Below are positions 11,535 to 24,058 of a stretch of DNA of 64,000 nt, piece by piece; positions within the stretch are counted from its first letter, which is position 1, and each line of letters begins with the position of its first letter. Source of the DNA: Mobula hypostoma (lineage: Eukaryota); contig NC_086097.1 of NCBI RefSeq assembly GCF_963921235.1, positions 28,150,001-28,214,000 on the forward strand, given 5' to 3'. The translations under genes were made by a program, and so were the position numbers. The notes under the pieces were generated by a model. The model was given only the letters and a program-made list of their open reading frames with translations, did no database searches and had not been told where the DNA came from.

Positions 11535-13550
11535 TACATACACCTTAGCCAAATACATTTAAACTCAGTTTTTCACAATTCCTGACATTTAATCCTAGAA
11601 AACATTCCCTGTCTTAGGTCAGTTAGGATCACTACTTTATTTTAAGAATGTGAAATGTCAGAATAATAGTAGAGAGAATGATTTAATTCAGCTTTTATTT
11701 CTTTCATCACTTTCCCAGTGGGTCAGAAGTTTACATACACTTTGTTAGTGTTTGGTAGCATTGCCTTTAAATTGTTTAACTTGGGTCAAACGTTTTGGGT
11801 AGCCTTTCACAAGCTTCTCACAGTAAGTTGCTGGAATTTTGTTCCATTCCTCCAGACAGAACTGGTGTAGCTGAGTCAGGTTTGTAGGCCTCCTTGCTTG
11901 CACATGCTTTTTCAGTTCTGCCCACAAACTTTCTAACGGATTGAGGTCAGGGCTTTGTGATGGCCACTCCAATACCTTGACCTTGTTGTCCTTAAGCAAT
12001 TTTGCCACAACTTTGGAGGTATGCTTGGGGTCATTGTCCATTTGGAAGACCCATTTGCGACCGAGCTTTAACTTCCTGACTGATGTCTTGAGATGTTGTT
12101 TCAATATATCCACGTAATTTCCTTCCTCATGATGCCATCTATTTTGTGAAGTGCACCAGTCCCTCCCGCAGCAAAGCAGCCCCCACAACATGATGCTGCC
12201 ACCCCCATGCTTCACGGTTGGGATGGTGTTCTTTGGCTTGCAAGCCTCACCCTTTTTCCTCTAAACATAACGATGGTCGTTATTGCAAAACAGTTCAATT
12301 TTTGTTTCATCAGACCAGAGGACATTTCTCCAAAAAGTAAGACCTTTGTCCCCATGTGCACTTGCAAACTGTAGCCTGGCTTTTTTCATGGTGGTTTTGG
12401 AGCAGTGGCTTCTTCCTTTCAGGTTATGTCGATATAGGACTCATTTTTACTGTGGATATAGATACTTGTCTACCTGTTTCCTCCAGCATCTTCACAAGGA
12501 CCTTTCCTGTTGTTCTGGGACTGATTTGCACTTTTCATGCCGAAGAACGTTCATCTCTAGGAGACAGAATGCGTCTCCTTCCTGAGTGGTATGATGGTCC
12601 CATGTTGTTTATACTTGCGTACTATTGTTCATACAGATGAATGTGGTACCTTCAGGCGTTTGGAAATTGCTCCCAAGGATGAACCAGACTTGACATCATA
12701 TTCTGACCTCAATCCGATAGAAAATCTGTGGGCAGAACTGAAAAAGCATGTGCGAGCAAGGAAGCCTACAAACCTGACTCAGCTACACCAGTTCTGTCTG
12801 GAGGATTGGAACAAAATTCCAGCGACTTACTGTGAGAAGCTTGTGAAAGGCTACCCAAAACGTTTGACCCAAGTTAAACAATTTAAAGGCAATGCTACCA
12901 AATACTAACAAAGTGTATGTAAACTTCTGACCCACTGGGAAAGTGATGAAAGAAATAAAAGCTGAAATAAATCATTCTCTCTACTATTATTCTGATATTT
13001 CACATTCTTAAAATAAAGTAGTGATCCTAACTGACCTAAGACAGGGAATGTTTTAATAGAACATAGAACATAGAATAGTACAGCACAGTACAGGCCCTTT
13101 GACCCACAATGTTGTGCCGACCCTCAAACCCTGCCTCCCATATAACCCCCTACCTTAAATTCCTCCATATGCCTGTCTAGTAGTCTCTTAAATTTCACTA
13201 GTGTATCCGCCTCCACCACTGACTCAGGCAGTGTATTCCACGCACCAACCATTCTCTAAGTTAAAAACCTTCCTCTAATATCCCCCTTGAACTTCCCACC
13301 CCTTACCTTAAAGCCATGTCCTCTTGTATTGAGCAGTGGTGCCCTGGGGAAGAGGCACTGGCTATCCACTCTATCTATTCCTCTTATTATCTTGTACACC
13401 TCTAAAATGTCTCCTCTCATCCTCCTTCTCTCCAAAGAGTAAAGCCCTAGGATTTCTAGGGTAGTTTTCTAGGATTAATTGTCAGGTATTGTGAAAAACT
13501 GAGTTTAAATGTATTTGGCTAAGGTGTATGTAAACTTCTGACTACAACTG
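11533..13550 (-). mobile_element. Sleeping Beauty-like Tc1 IR/DR transposon, rearranged with two right ends; transposase pseudogene ~12692-11745
   Basis: Peptides KSGSSLGAISKRLKVP, KHGGGSIMLWG and FQMDNDPKHTSK..WPSQSPDLNP.E (DD34E)..FKGNATK(Y/H). DRs CAGTGGGTCAGAAGTTTACATACAC and terminal ...GTATGTAAACTTCTGACTACAACTG at 13550. Frameshifts and stops present. Confidence 0.92.
13056..13452 (-). mobile_element. CR1 3' fragment inserted in the Tc1 right IR
   Basis: (TAGAACA)n tail and CR1 3' end. The IR sequence resumes at ~13465. Confidence 0.85.
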
Positions 13551-13552
13551 TG

Positions 13553-13554
<2 letters not shown>

Positions 13555-13600
<46 letters not shown>

Positions 13601-13605
13601 CACAC
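13555..13605. repeat. (CA)n microsatellite
   Basis: Direct observation. Confidence 0.95.
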
Positions 13606-15839
13606 ATTTATTTATTTTTCTATATTTACCTTGTATTGCATTGTACTACTGCTGCTAAGCTAACAAATTTCACGACATATGCTGTTGATATTAAACCTGA
13701 TTCTGATTCTGATATGTGTTGTTTACATTGACAACCAATATAATCTAGGGATGTGCTGGGAACGGTCAGCAAATGTCAGCATACATTCCAGTGGCAACAT
13801 GGCATGCTCACAATGCTTGGCAGAACATCAAAGAAGGCAACAAAACAACAGCAAAGCAAGCTCCTTTCCTCCCCCCGACCATATTTCCCACTAACACACA
13901 TATGCGGAGAGTGCTCCAGCTCCAGAAGAGGCCTCCAGGCCTCTCGTCTCTAGTCTCCAGGCTTTAACTTCTGAACTTGTGATTAACCTTTGGCCTTCAG
14001 GTTCAGTATCAACCCGCAGACTAGCCAATGACGGGGTCCCGAACTCCAGCCTCAACGTCTGGGCACAGTGACTGACGATCCCTGGAACCCACTTGTGCTC
14101 CCTGCCTGCATGATTATCTGATTCCGGCACATACCAACTTGGACAGCCCAACATTTTAAAATGTCTTTCATCACCCATCCACGTTGCAGGGCTTTGAGGG
14201 TGGAGCAGAGGCCCAATCTCTGGAGGTTCTTCGGCCCTGTGTCCATATCACTGGACATAGTGGAGGCCTAGTCTCTAAACATTCTTCATCACCTGTCCAT
14301 GTCCATAAGACTGTAAGACGTAGAAGCAGAATTAGGCCGTATGGCCCACTGAGTCTGCTCTGCCATCCAATGTGGCTGATTTATTATCCCTCTCAGCCCC
14401 ATTCTCCTGTCTTCTCCCCGTAACCTACTTTGAATGCAGAGTACAGAGCGAGGCCTGACCTTGAGCTCCTTCACATCCCTGCCCATAGACCCTAATCTGG
14501 CCCCTTAACTTCCCTTTGTGTTCCCAAAATCGTCCCTATGACTGCAGCTCAGCACCACCTTGACTGGAACAATGTTAGCTTGTTGTCGACTTGATTGGCT
14601 GAATGGCTTCATTCTGTGTCATAAGTATATGTTACTTTTAAGAGTGCATATGCGATAGGGAATAAATGACATCTTTACCAGCATGACCACACTCAGCGAC
14701 TTAATGATAATTATATGGATGTATGTTATTTTCCTGTAAAAACATGACAGACAATTAACAGGTTATTTTAAAACTGGTTAAAATAGCAGGCAGGCAGATT
14801 TAATCTTGGTGCTATTAATACACAGCTTAACTTCCAGAATTTAAAGATTAATATCAAACGTTTGCTTAGTTAACATCCATGCCTCTCTCTGTGCAACCCA
14901 AAAAGACATTGGTTCTTGAAATTCCTGTTTTCCCCCATTTGACTCCTAACCTGTATGGATAATTACTCTCACGTCAATACTGAACTGACTATATAATCTC
15001 TCTTTCAAGGACTCTACAACTCTTGTTCCTAGTATAATTTGTTTTTCAATTTGCGCAATCTGTCTCTTTTGCACATTGATTATTGTCAGTCTTTGTTCAT
15101 GTATACATTTTTCTAAGTTCTTTCAAATTTCCTTATTTTCAGTAGTCCTATGGTTCAATTTAATATCAGAGAATGTATACAGTGTACAACCTGAAAATCT
15201 TGCTCTTCACAGGCATCCATGAAATAGAAGAAAAAAACCCAAAGAATGAAAGACAGGAAAATGTTAGAACCCCAAAGTCCCCCTCCCCTTCCCAAGCTCA
15301 AGTAGCAGCAAAAGCATTGACCTCCCCCTCCCCCTCCCCCCCCACTTGCTCCAGCAAAAACATCACCCTCCCCCTCCCCTCCCCCCACTTGCTCCAGCAG
15401 AAGCAACAATACCCCCACCACCCACCATGTAAGCAATAACAAGCCCCCCAGAGACCATGGTCCAGAGTCCATTAAAAACTACTGTCCGTCCCAACACTTA
15501 CACATCTCAGACAGGCTCTCTCTCTCACCAGTGCGGGAGAGAGATATCACTCCTGCAATTGCAAGAGGGGAGACCATCAGCTCACTGTTTCAATGTTATA
15601 ATTTTCCTGGAATGCCTGCAAGAAAATAAATTTCATAGTAGGATTTGGTGACATATTTGTACTCTGATAATAATTTGCTTCAACTTTGATTTACATTGAC
15701 TTTGATCACTTCCATTCCCTTCTCCCTTTCCAGGCTTTTGCCTGGAAGCTGCATTAGTCTCTACCCAAGACACATGTAAGTGTCTGTTTGTCAGTATATA
15801 TTAGGGTTCTTGCAGGTATGTGTCTGAGAGCAATTGTAC

Positions 15840-15881
<42 letters not shown>
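15840..15881. repeat. (GT)n microsatellite
   Basis: Direct observation. Confidence 0.95.
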
Positions 15882-15883
<2 letters not shown>

Positions 15884-15926
15884 TAGTATGTTTACGGCAG
15901 AGAAGGAACATTTGCGGAAGTATTAG

Positions 15927-16634
15927 ATTATGAGAACACTCAGTCCTCTTTTATTGTCATTTAGAAATGCATACATGCATTAAAAAATGATACAATATTT
16001 CTCCGGAGTGATATCACAGAAAACAGGACAAACCAAAGACTAACACTGACAGAACCACATAATTATAACATATAGTTACAGCAGTGCAAAGCAATACCAT
16101 AATTTGATGAAGAACAAACCATGGGCACGGTAAAAAAAAGTCTCAAAGTCCCCGAGTCGATCGACTCCCGAGTCCCCGATAGCACCGGCAAAAGGGAGAA
16201 ACTCCCTGCCATAAACCTCCAGCCATCGTCAACTCGCCGATGCCTTGGAAGCAGCCGACCACAGCCGACACTGAGTCCGTCTGTCTGAAAACTTCCCAAC
16301 CAGCCTCTCCGATACAGCCTCCCGAGCGCCGTCCTCTGCTGAGCGCCTTCAACCTCGCCCCGGCTGCTGGAACAAGCAAAGCCAAGGATTTGGGGCCTTC
16401 TGCTCCGGAGATTCCGGTTACCACACAGTAGCAGCGCCAGCGAAGCGGACATTTCAGAAGTTTTTCAGATGTTCCTCCATACTCTCACGTCCGCCTCCAT
16501 CAAATCAGAATTGTGCACGGTACCCTACTTGACAGATTACAGATATCATTCACTAGAGAGGCCATGCGCACTTCCATCGTGCTGCCATCTTCTCCTCCTT
16601 TCCTCCTTTCCTCCTTTCCCCCTTCTCCTCCTTT
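15927..16634 (-). mobile_element. Non-autonomous retroelement with AAGATGGC 5' head and LINE-like 3' end
   Basis: CpG-rich body. Minus strand has AAGATGGCAGCACG near 16591 and AATAAA near 15955. Possible TSD TATTAG (15921-26, 16635-40). Confidence 0.5.
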
Positions 16635-17139
16635 TATTAGGAACCTCTAGTTCATGGATCAGGTCCTTACAGGAGTCCTGTGTAAACGGTTAAAGGAGAG
16701 ATCAAAAAAGCTGCAGAGGATTGTGGATTCAGCCAACTCCATCACAGGTAAAAACCTCCCCGCCATCGTAGTCATCTTGAAAAGATGGTGCCTCAGGAAG
16801 CCAGCACCATCCTGGACATGCTGTCTTCTCATTTCTACCATCAGGGAGGAGGTACAAGTGCTTGCAGACCAACCCTCAATATTTTAGGAACAGCTTCTTC
16901 CACTCTGCATTAGATTTCTGAATGGACCGCAAACACATGAACACTACCTCACTCTTCCTCTTTGGCACTATTTATTGTTTTTATTGCAATTTATAGTAAC
17001 TTTTATACCTTACTCTCTACTGCTGCCACAAGACAAATTTCACAATGTACGTCAGTGATAATAAACCTGATTATGATTCTGATTCAAGAAGACAGCATCC
17101 ATCATTAAGAACTCCCACCATCGGGGGCATATCCTCTTC

Positions 17140-17930
17140 TCGTAAGTTCAAGTTCAAGTTTATTGTCATTCAGTCGTACACATGCCAAGTGAAACAACAT
17201 TCCTGTGGACCAAGGTGCACAGCACAGTACATATAACTCACACACAACACGTAAAGTAATATTATCACTAATAGATTAGCAAATAATAAAATATATTCCA
17301 CAAGATTGACCTTTAGAATAAACTGCATTTATAACACAAGTTAAAAAGTAAACAGTATAACGCTACTGGCGTTTCATATGTGCTGACAGGGTGGTGGCAG
17401 GGATTTCAGTAGTCTCACAGCCTGGGGGAGAAGCTGTTTCCCATCCTTGGCCCTAATGCTACAATACCTCCTGCTGATGATAGAGGGTGAGAGAGGTTGC
17501 AGGACAGATGAGAGGGCCCTTCTTATGCAGTGCTCCTTATTAATATCTCGGATGGGTGGAAGAGAGACCCTGATGATCCTCTCAGCAGTCCTCACAATCC
17601 TTTGTAGGATGCCTTGCAATTCGGTGATGCAGTTGATCAAGACGCTCTCAATGGTTCTCCTGTAAAATTGGTAAGAATGGGTGGGGGGGGGGGAGAAAGA
17701 GCCTCAATCTCCTCAGGATGTAGAGATGCCGCTGTGCTGTTTTGACCAAGGAGGTAGTGTTGAGCGACCAGAATAGATTGTTCGTTATGTGCACACCTAG
17801 AAACTTGGTGTTCTGAACACGTTCCATGGAGAATCCATTTATGTGCAGTGTGAAGCAGTCAGCCTGCACCGTCCTAAAGTCCACAGTCATCTCTTTGATC
17901 TTGTCCACATTGAGACTCAAGTCTGCTACC
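17140..17930 (-). mobile_element. Rex/Babar-type LINE 3' fragment
   Basis: LNVDKIKEMTVDFR...TKFLGVHITNNLFW...KTAQRHLYILRRL and a (TTGAAC)n tail. Confidence 0.8.
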
Positions 17931-18024
17931 ATCTTTTTTGCAGTACTTACTTTTTTATATATAGTATTATTATTGTGATTTATAGTATTTTTGTGTATCA
18001 CACTGTACTGCTGCCACAAAACAA

Positions 18025-18305
18025 GATGGTAGCTAGTGGTTAGCGTGACGGTGTTACAGCTTTGGGCATTCCAGAGTTCAGAGTACAAATCCAGCACCAT
18101 CTGTAAGGAGTTTGTACTTTCTCCACATAAACCACGTGGGTTTCGTCCAGGTGCTCCGGTTTTCACTCACAGGCCAAAGTTAGTAGATAATTGATCATTG
18201 CAAGTTGTCCTGTGATTAGGCTAGGGTTAATTAGGTGGGTTGCTGGGCTGTGTGGTTCATTGGACCAGAAAGGCCTGGTGTGCGTTGTGTCTCCATATAA
18301 TAAGT
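18025..18305 (+). mobile_element. tRNA-derived V-SINE/HE1-like SINE
   Basis: A-box-like AGTGGTTAGCG and core CGTGGGTTT..CCAGGTGCTCCGGTTT...CCAAAG. Related copies at 59677-59950 (+), 46430-46600 (-) and 47100-47240. Confidence 0.65.
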
Positions 18306-19029
18306 AAATATGTTAGAGATCATAAACATGATTCTGATCCTGATTTGCAAACTACCCTTCCGCCTGTTCTGTCAGGCACTTGGTGGAAAAATACACACAA
18401 CATGGTTGCAGAAGGGTTAACAATTAACCCTGTATCCTTGCTGCAGCATGACCAAATCCACCAAGAACCTAGAACCGCTTGACTAACTTGAGCCTTGTAC
18501 AGGGTGTGTCTGTTTTTTTTTGGTCATTTTCTTTACCTTCCTGCAACTGAACTTTATGTGGCCTAGCAGAGGTCAGGGACAAGCAGTCACCAAGAAGAAG
18601 CTGTTTAAGAAGGATTTGTAAGGAAGGGGGTCGGTAGAGAGCTTGATGTTTTCCCTTAACTGCTCCCTGCTAACAAGATAACAAAAGAAAGATTTTGCTG
18701 TCAACAGTGGGTGTGCTCAATTTATTCGCAACAACCTCCTGCCCTTCTGTGGAAGAGGCTTTGGGCCCCATTTATAAGAAAGGATGTGCTGGCATTAGAG
18801 AGGATCCAGAGGAGGTTCACGAGAATGATCCCAGGGATGAAAGGGTTAACTATGAAGGCCTAGATAGAGTGGACACCCACTCAGCCTGGACACTGCGCTA
18901 CACTGCTCCCAGTGGAGAGCACCAGGCTCTGACACCTCTCTCCTGGTGGCTGTAAACAGGCAACACCGTGGCTTCAAACTTAGCCTTCACCTTGACCGAG
19001 GCCACACAGCCACCCCCACCCCCGCCAAC

Positions 19030-19391
19030 CATCCCTGCTGTCCTCCAATAAATCAGTGAATTGAATGCAGCATTTGACATTAACAATATTCAAAAGGGTC
19101 TTGCGATCACAAGGAAAGTAACTAAGACTCTCACTATCAGACTGCACCCCTCCTTCATGCAATGACTCTTCCAAAACCTCTCTGACACAAGCAGCAGAAT
19201 GATCTGCACCAAATCCAGCTTCTTCAGTTTCTCTACCAACGAGCAACTTGCCGACGGGGCAGACCTACAGTATTTTAAGTTCTTAATATCTAGTAGGACC
19301 TTGCAATCATAAAAAAATCTATTTAAGAAGGACAGCAGCACCCTCTGTTGACCCCGTAGAAGCTGCTGCGATCGAACGTGCTGCCATCTTT
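19030..19391 (-). mobile_element. Unclassified interspersed repeat, same family as 49296-50083
   Basis: Minus strand begins AAGATGGCAGCACG and aligns by eye with 49300-49620 (+). Confidence 0.65.
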
Positions 19392-20107
19392 CTGGAAGAT
19401 CTTACAAGGAATTCATTACCACAGATGGCTGTGGAGGCCAAGTCACTGGATGTACTTAAAGTGGAGTCTGATTGATACTGAATTAGTAAAGACATCATAG
19501 GTTATGGGAGAAAGCAGAAGTATAGGGTTGTGAGGGAAAATAAATCAGCCATAATTGAACGGTGGAGCCAACTCAATGGGCCAAATGGCCTAATTCTGCT
19601 TCAATGGTATATTGCCAGAACACGCCACTCAGTAGTGTAAGCAAGTTATCCATGATCATCAGGGTGCCTAAAAGCAGAAGAGTACTTGAATACGGCAGAG
19701 CATATCTATATACAAGTGTGTGTATAATTTCTTGAGTGCCTCTTTGCAATGTTTAAGTATATGACTGTGTGGACTTGTGTGTGTGTGTGTACCATGCAGT
19801 AGAAATGCAAAAATAAGAGCTAAAAATATCATTATGTTTCTCATCAGATTAAGACTCTGTGTGTCAGAAATGCTGAGGTGGTTACTGTTACCCATCAGAT
19901 ATGGAGCATCACCTTTGAACCATAGTTTTGAAATTTCTATAATTTGCCATTTTTTCTTCATAATAGTACACACCACAGCATAAAGCTGCAGTTGCTACAA
20001 GCCATATCTCAGATGAGGTGATTAAACACAAGAGATTATGCAGATGCTAGAAGTCTTGAGCAACTCACACAAAATGCCGCTATTTTCTTAAAAGTTGATG
20101 CAGGTTC

Positions 20108-21788
20108 ACGAAGGGGGACATAAATAATCTTCCGGAAATAGTAGGGGATCGAGGGTCTAGTGAGATGGAGGAACTGAGGGAAATACATGTTAGTAGGGAA
20201 TGGTGTTAGGTAAATTGAAGGAATTAACGGCAGATAAATCCCCAGGGCCAGATGGTCTGCATCCCAGAGTGCTTAAGGAAGTAGCCCAAGAAATAGTGGA
20301 TGCATTAGTGATAATTTTTCAAAGCTCTTTGGATTCTGGATTAGTTCCTGAGGATTGGAGGGTGGCTAATGTAACCCCACTTTTTAAAAAAGGAGGGAGA
20401 GAGAAACCGGGGAATTATAGACTGGTAAGCCTAACGTCGGTGGTGGGGAAACTGCTGGAGTCAGTTATCAAAGATGTGATAACAGCACATTTGGAAAGCG
20501 GTGAAATCATCGGACAAAGTCAGCATGGATTTGTGAAAGGAAAATCATGTCTGATGAATCTTATAGAATTTTTTGAGGATGTAGCTAGTAGAGTGGATAG
20601 GGGAGAACCAGTGGATGTGGTATATTTGGATTTTCAAAAGGGCTTTGACAAGGTCCCACACAGGAGATTAGTGTGCAAACTTAAAGCACCCTGTATTGGG
20701 GGTATGGTATTGATGTGGATAGAGAATTGGTTGGCAGACAGAAAGCAAAGAGTGGGAATAAATGGGACCTTTTCAGAATGGCAGGCAGTGACTAGTGGGG
20801 TACCACAAGGCTCAGTGCTGGGATCCCAGTTGTTTACAATATATATTAATGATTTAGACGAGGGAATTAAATGCAGCATCTCCAAGTTTGCGGATGACAC
20901 GAAGCTGGGCGGCAGTGTTAGCTGTGAGGAGGATGCTAAGAGGATGCAGGGTGACTTGGATAGGTTAGGTGAGTGGGCAAATTCATGGCAGATGCAATTT
21001 AATGTGGATAAATGTGAAGTTATCCACTTTGGTGGCAAGAACAGGAAAACAGATTATTATCTGAATGGTGGTGGATTGGGAAAAGAGGAGGTGCAATGAG
21101 ACCTGGGTACACCAGTCATTGAAAGTGGGCATGCAGGTACAGCAGGCGGTGAAAAAGGCGAATGGTATGTTGACATTCATAGCAAGAGGATTTGAGTACA
21201 GGAGCAGGGAGGTTCTACTGCAGTTGTACAAGGCCTTGGTGAGACCACACCTGGAGTATTGTGTGCAGTTTTGGTCCCCTAATCTGAGGAAAGACATTCT
21301 TGCCGTAGAGAGAGTACAAAGAAGGTTACTTTCAAATGAAGAAAGACTGGATCGACTAGGCTTATACTCGCTGGAATTTAGAAGATTGAGGGGGAATCTT
21401 ATTGAAACGTATAAAATTTTAAAGGAATTGGACGGGCTAGATGCAGGAAGATTGTTCCCGATGTTGGGGAAATCCAGAATGAGGGGTCACAGTTTGAGGA
21501 TAAAGGGAAAGCCTTTTAGGACTGAGATGAGGAAAAACTTCTTCATACAGAGAGTGGTGAATCTGTGAAATTCTCTGCCACAGGAAACAGTTGAGGCCAG
21601 TTCATTGGCTATATTAAGAGGGAGTTAGATATGGCCCTTGTGACTAAAGGGATTAGCGGGTATGAAGAGAAGGCAGGTACAGGGTTCTGAGTTGGATGAT
21701 CAGCCATGATCATACTGAATGGCGGTGCAGGCTCAAAGGGCCGAATGGCCTACTCCTGCACCTATTTTCTATGTTTCTATGTTTCTAT
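20108..21788 (+). mobile_element. Young 5'-truncated CR1 LINE (RT domain)
   Basis: 299-aa ORF 20200-21099 with KSPGPDGLHPRVLKE, YLDFQKGFDKV, GVPQGSVLG and FADDTK. (TTCTATGT)n 3' tail. Confidence 0.95.
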
Positions 21789-22394
21789 TCAACATGTCAT
21801 CTAAAACTTTGTCAAACCTCGATAGATGCATAGTATATTGGCTGGTTGTACTACATCCTGCTATGGAATCACCAATGCCCAAGAATGGAAATCCCTACAA
21901 AAGTAGTGGATACAGCCTAGTCCATCACAGGAAAAGCTTTCTCCACAATTGAGCACACTTTCAAGGAGCACCACGACAAAAAAGCAGCACCCATCATCGA
22001 GGAGCCCCACTTTCCAGACCTTGCTCTCTTCTTGCTTCTGCCATTGGGAAAGGGGTACAGGAGCAGGTCCTACACAAACAAGTTCAGAAACAGTTATTAC
22101 CCTGCAACCACCAGGCTCTTGAACCAAACTTCACTAACCTCAACTCTGAACACAAACTATGGACTCACTGCTAAGGTCTTTACAACTCATGCTCTCAAAT
22201 TGATTGTTCATTTATTGTATTTGCACTGTTTGTCTTTTGCACACTGGTTGTTTGTCCTTTTCCATCTTTGTGTATCATTTTTAATTGATTCTATTGCATT
22301 TCTTTGTTTACTGTGAATGCGTGAAGAAAACGAATCTCAATATATGGAGACATATACAGTACGTATTTTGATAATAAATTTACTTTGAACTTTG
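21789..22394 (+). mobile_element. Rex/Babar-type LINE 3' fragment
   Basis: T.KFRNSYYP.T.RLLN and tail AATAAATTTACTTTGAACTTTGA. It splits a Penelope terminal repeat (20025-20077 / 22395-22482). Confidence 0.75.
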
Positions 22395-22445
22395 AAATGC
22401 TGGAGGGACTCAGCAGGTCAGGCAGCACCTATGGAAGGGAGTAAA

Positions 22446-22482
22446 CAGTCGACATTTCAGGCTGAGTCCCTTCATCAGGACT
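22446..22482 (-). ncRNA. Minimal type I hammerhead ribozyme motif in a Penelope terminal repeat
   Basis: Minus strand AGTC-CTGATGA-AGGGACTCAGCCT-GAAA-T-GTC-GACTG. Stem I is AGUC/GACU, both catalytic boxes are present, the GUC cleavage triplet is intact and stem III has no loop. Confidence 0.7.
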
Positions 22483-22955
22483 TCACCTCTTCATCATTTG
22501 AGACGATTGCCCATTTTACTTGGCTGACACCATAACCGCAGTTTATTTACTTTCTCCTTAATTGTCTTGCATACTTTTATGGTCATGGGCATGTGCCTCA
22601 GTAGATGCACCAAAGAGCTAACAATGGCTGACAATCTTTAATTTACAGAAAGGTTAAATAGGTAATAGAAGAGGTGTAGGGAAACTCAGGACCGAAATAG
22701 ATACTGTCACATGACCGCTAACAATGAATTATCAACGGAGTCAGGTTTTATAAAAAACAAACAAACATTTATTAGACTCTGCTCAACAATAGACAACAGT
22801 ATTCCAACGACTAACTTAACCAGAAGTTAACTGCTATACGCCAACTCTGGAACAGTTCTTAAAAGGGTAAATTCGAAAACAGTTCTTAAAGTGGTAAATA
22901 CAAAAGTCCAAGTGATTTACACAGTCAATAAGGAAAGACTTCTCTGGAAATGGAT

Positions 22956-24037
22956 TTACCTCCTGACAAGGCTCTGTCCAAACAATCTTTTCACTTTTTT
23001 TCCCAAGAGATTGGTTAATGGAAGGGCAATGTCAGCAAAATTCTTACAAAATTTACGGTAATATCCTACCATTCCTAAGAATGTTCTTAGAGTCTTTTCA
23101 CCAGTTGGAGTGGGTACCTCTAAAATTGCCTGAACTTTTGCCTGCACAGGAGCTAACTTACCTTGACCCACAACATAACCAAGGTAAGTCACAGTGGCAT
23201 GACCAAATTCACTTTTAGCTAAGTTAATAGTTAAGTTAGCTTTTGAAAGCCTTTCAAATTGTTTCTCCACCGCAGTAATATGTGCTTTCCAAGTATCATT
23301 TCCTGTAACTAAATCATCAATATAGGCATCGGTATCTTTTAACCCATGAATCACATAATTAATCATCCGCTGGAAAGTACCTGGTGCATTCTTCATCCCA
23401 AATGGAAGAACATTATATTCATATAACCCAGATGGGGTTACAAACGCAGAAATCTCTCTACCTCTATCCATCAACGGAACACACCAATACCCTTTTAACA
23501 AATCAATCTTTGTAAGGAGCTTTGCTTTTCCAACTTTGTCCACACAATCATTTACCCTAGGGATTGGATATGCATCAGCTTTTGTCACAGCATTCACTTT
23601 CCTGTAATCAGTACAAAACGGACTACTATTGTCTGGCTTAGGCACCATAACACACGGTGAACTCCAATTCGAATTAGAAGGTCTAATACAGTAATATTGT
23701 TCTCTAACATATATTTAATTCCTTGTTCAGCAAGTTCACATTTTTCCCTGTTCATCTGATACAGATGTTGTTTTATGGGTTTGGCATCTCCAACCTCTAC
23801 ATTATGTGAAGCTACTGTGGTTCTTTTAGGAACGTCTGGAAATAAATCCCTATACTTAAAAATTAGCTGCTTCATCTGCTCTGGCTTTAAATAAGCTAAT
23901 TTCTCATCAGTATTTTCCAGAATTGTTGAGTTTGGTAACCTGGCAGAAATAATGTTGGGTTTAAAATGAGTTTCAGATGAATCATCCATTAAGTTCCTAG
24001 TGGGATCAGGCTCATTATTATTGACCACAACAATCAT
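22956..24037 (-). pseudogene. Reverse transcriptase of the Gmr1-like element; RNase H deleted
   Basis: FCTDYRKVN, YIDD and FLGMVGYYRKFC. The sequence jumps into LTR sequence at ~22957. Confidence 0.9.
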
Positions 24038-24058
24038 AGTAGCAGACTGTTTCTCATA

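Noticed and set aside
19849..19983. Possible exon or presequence ORF MLRWLLLPIRYG
   Set aside because: No clear donor or homology, and the DGLUCY start is already accounted for at 45026.
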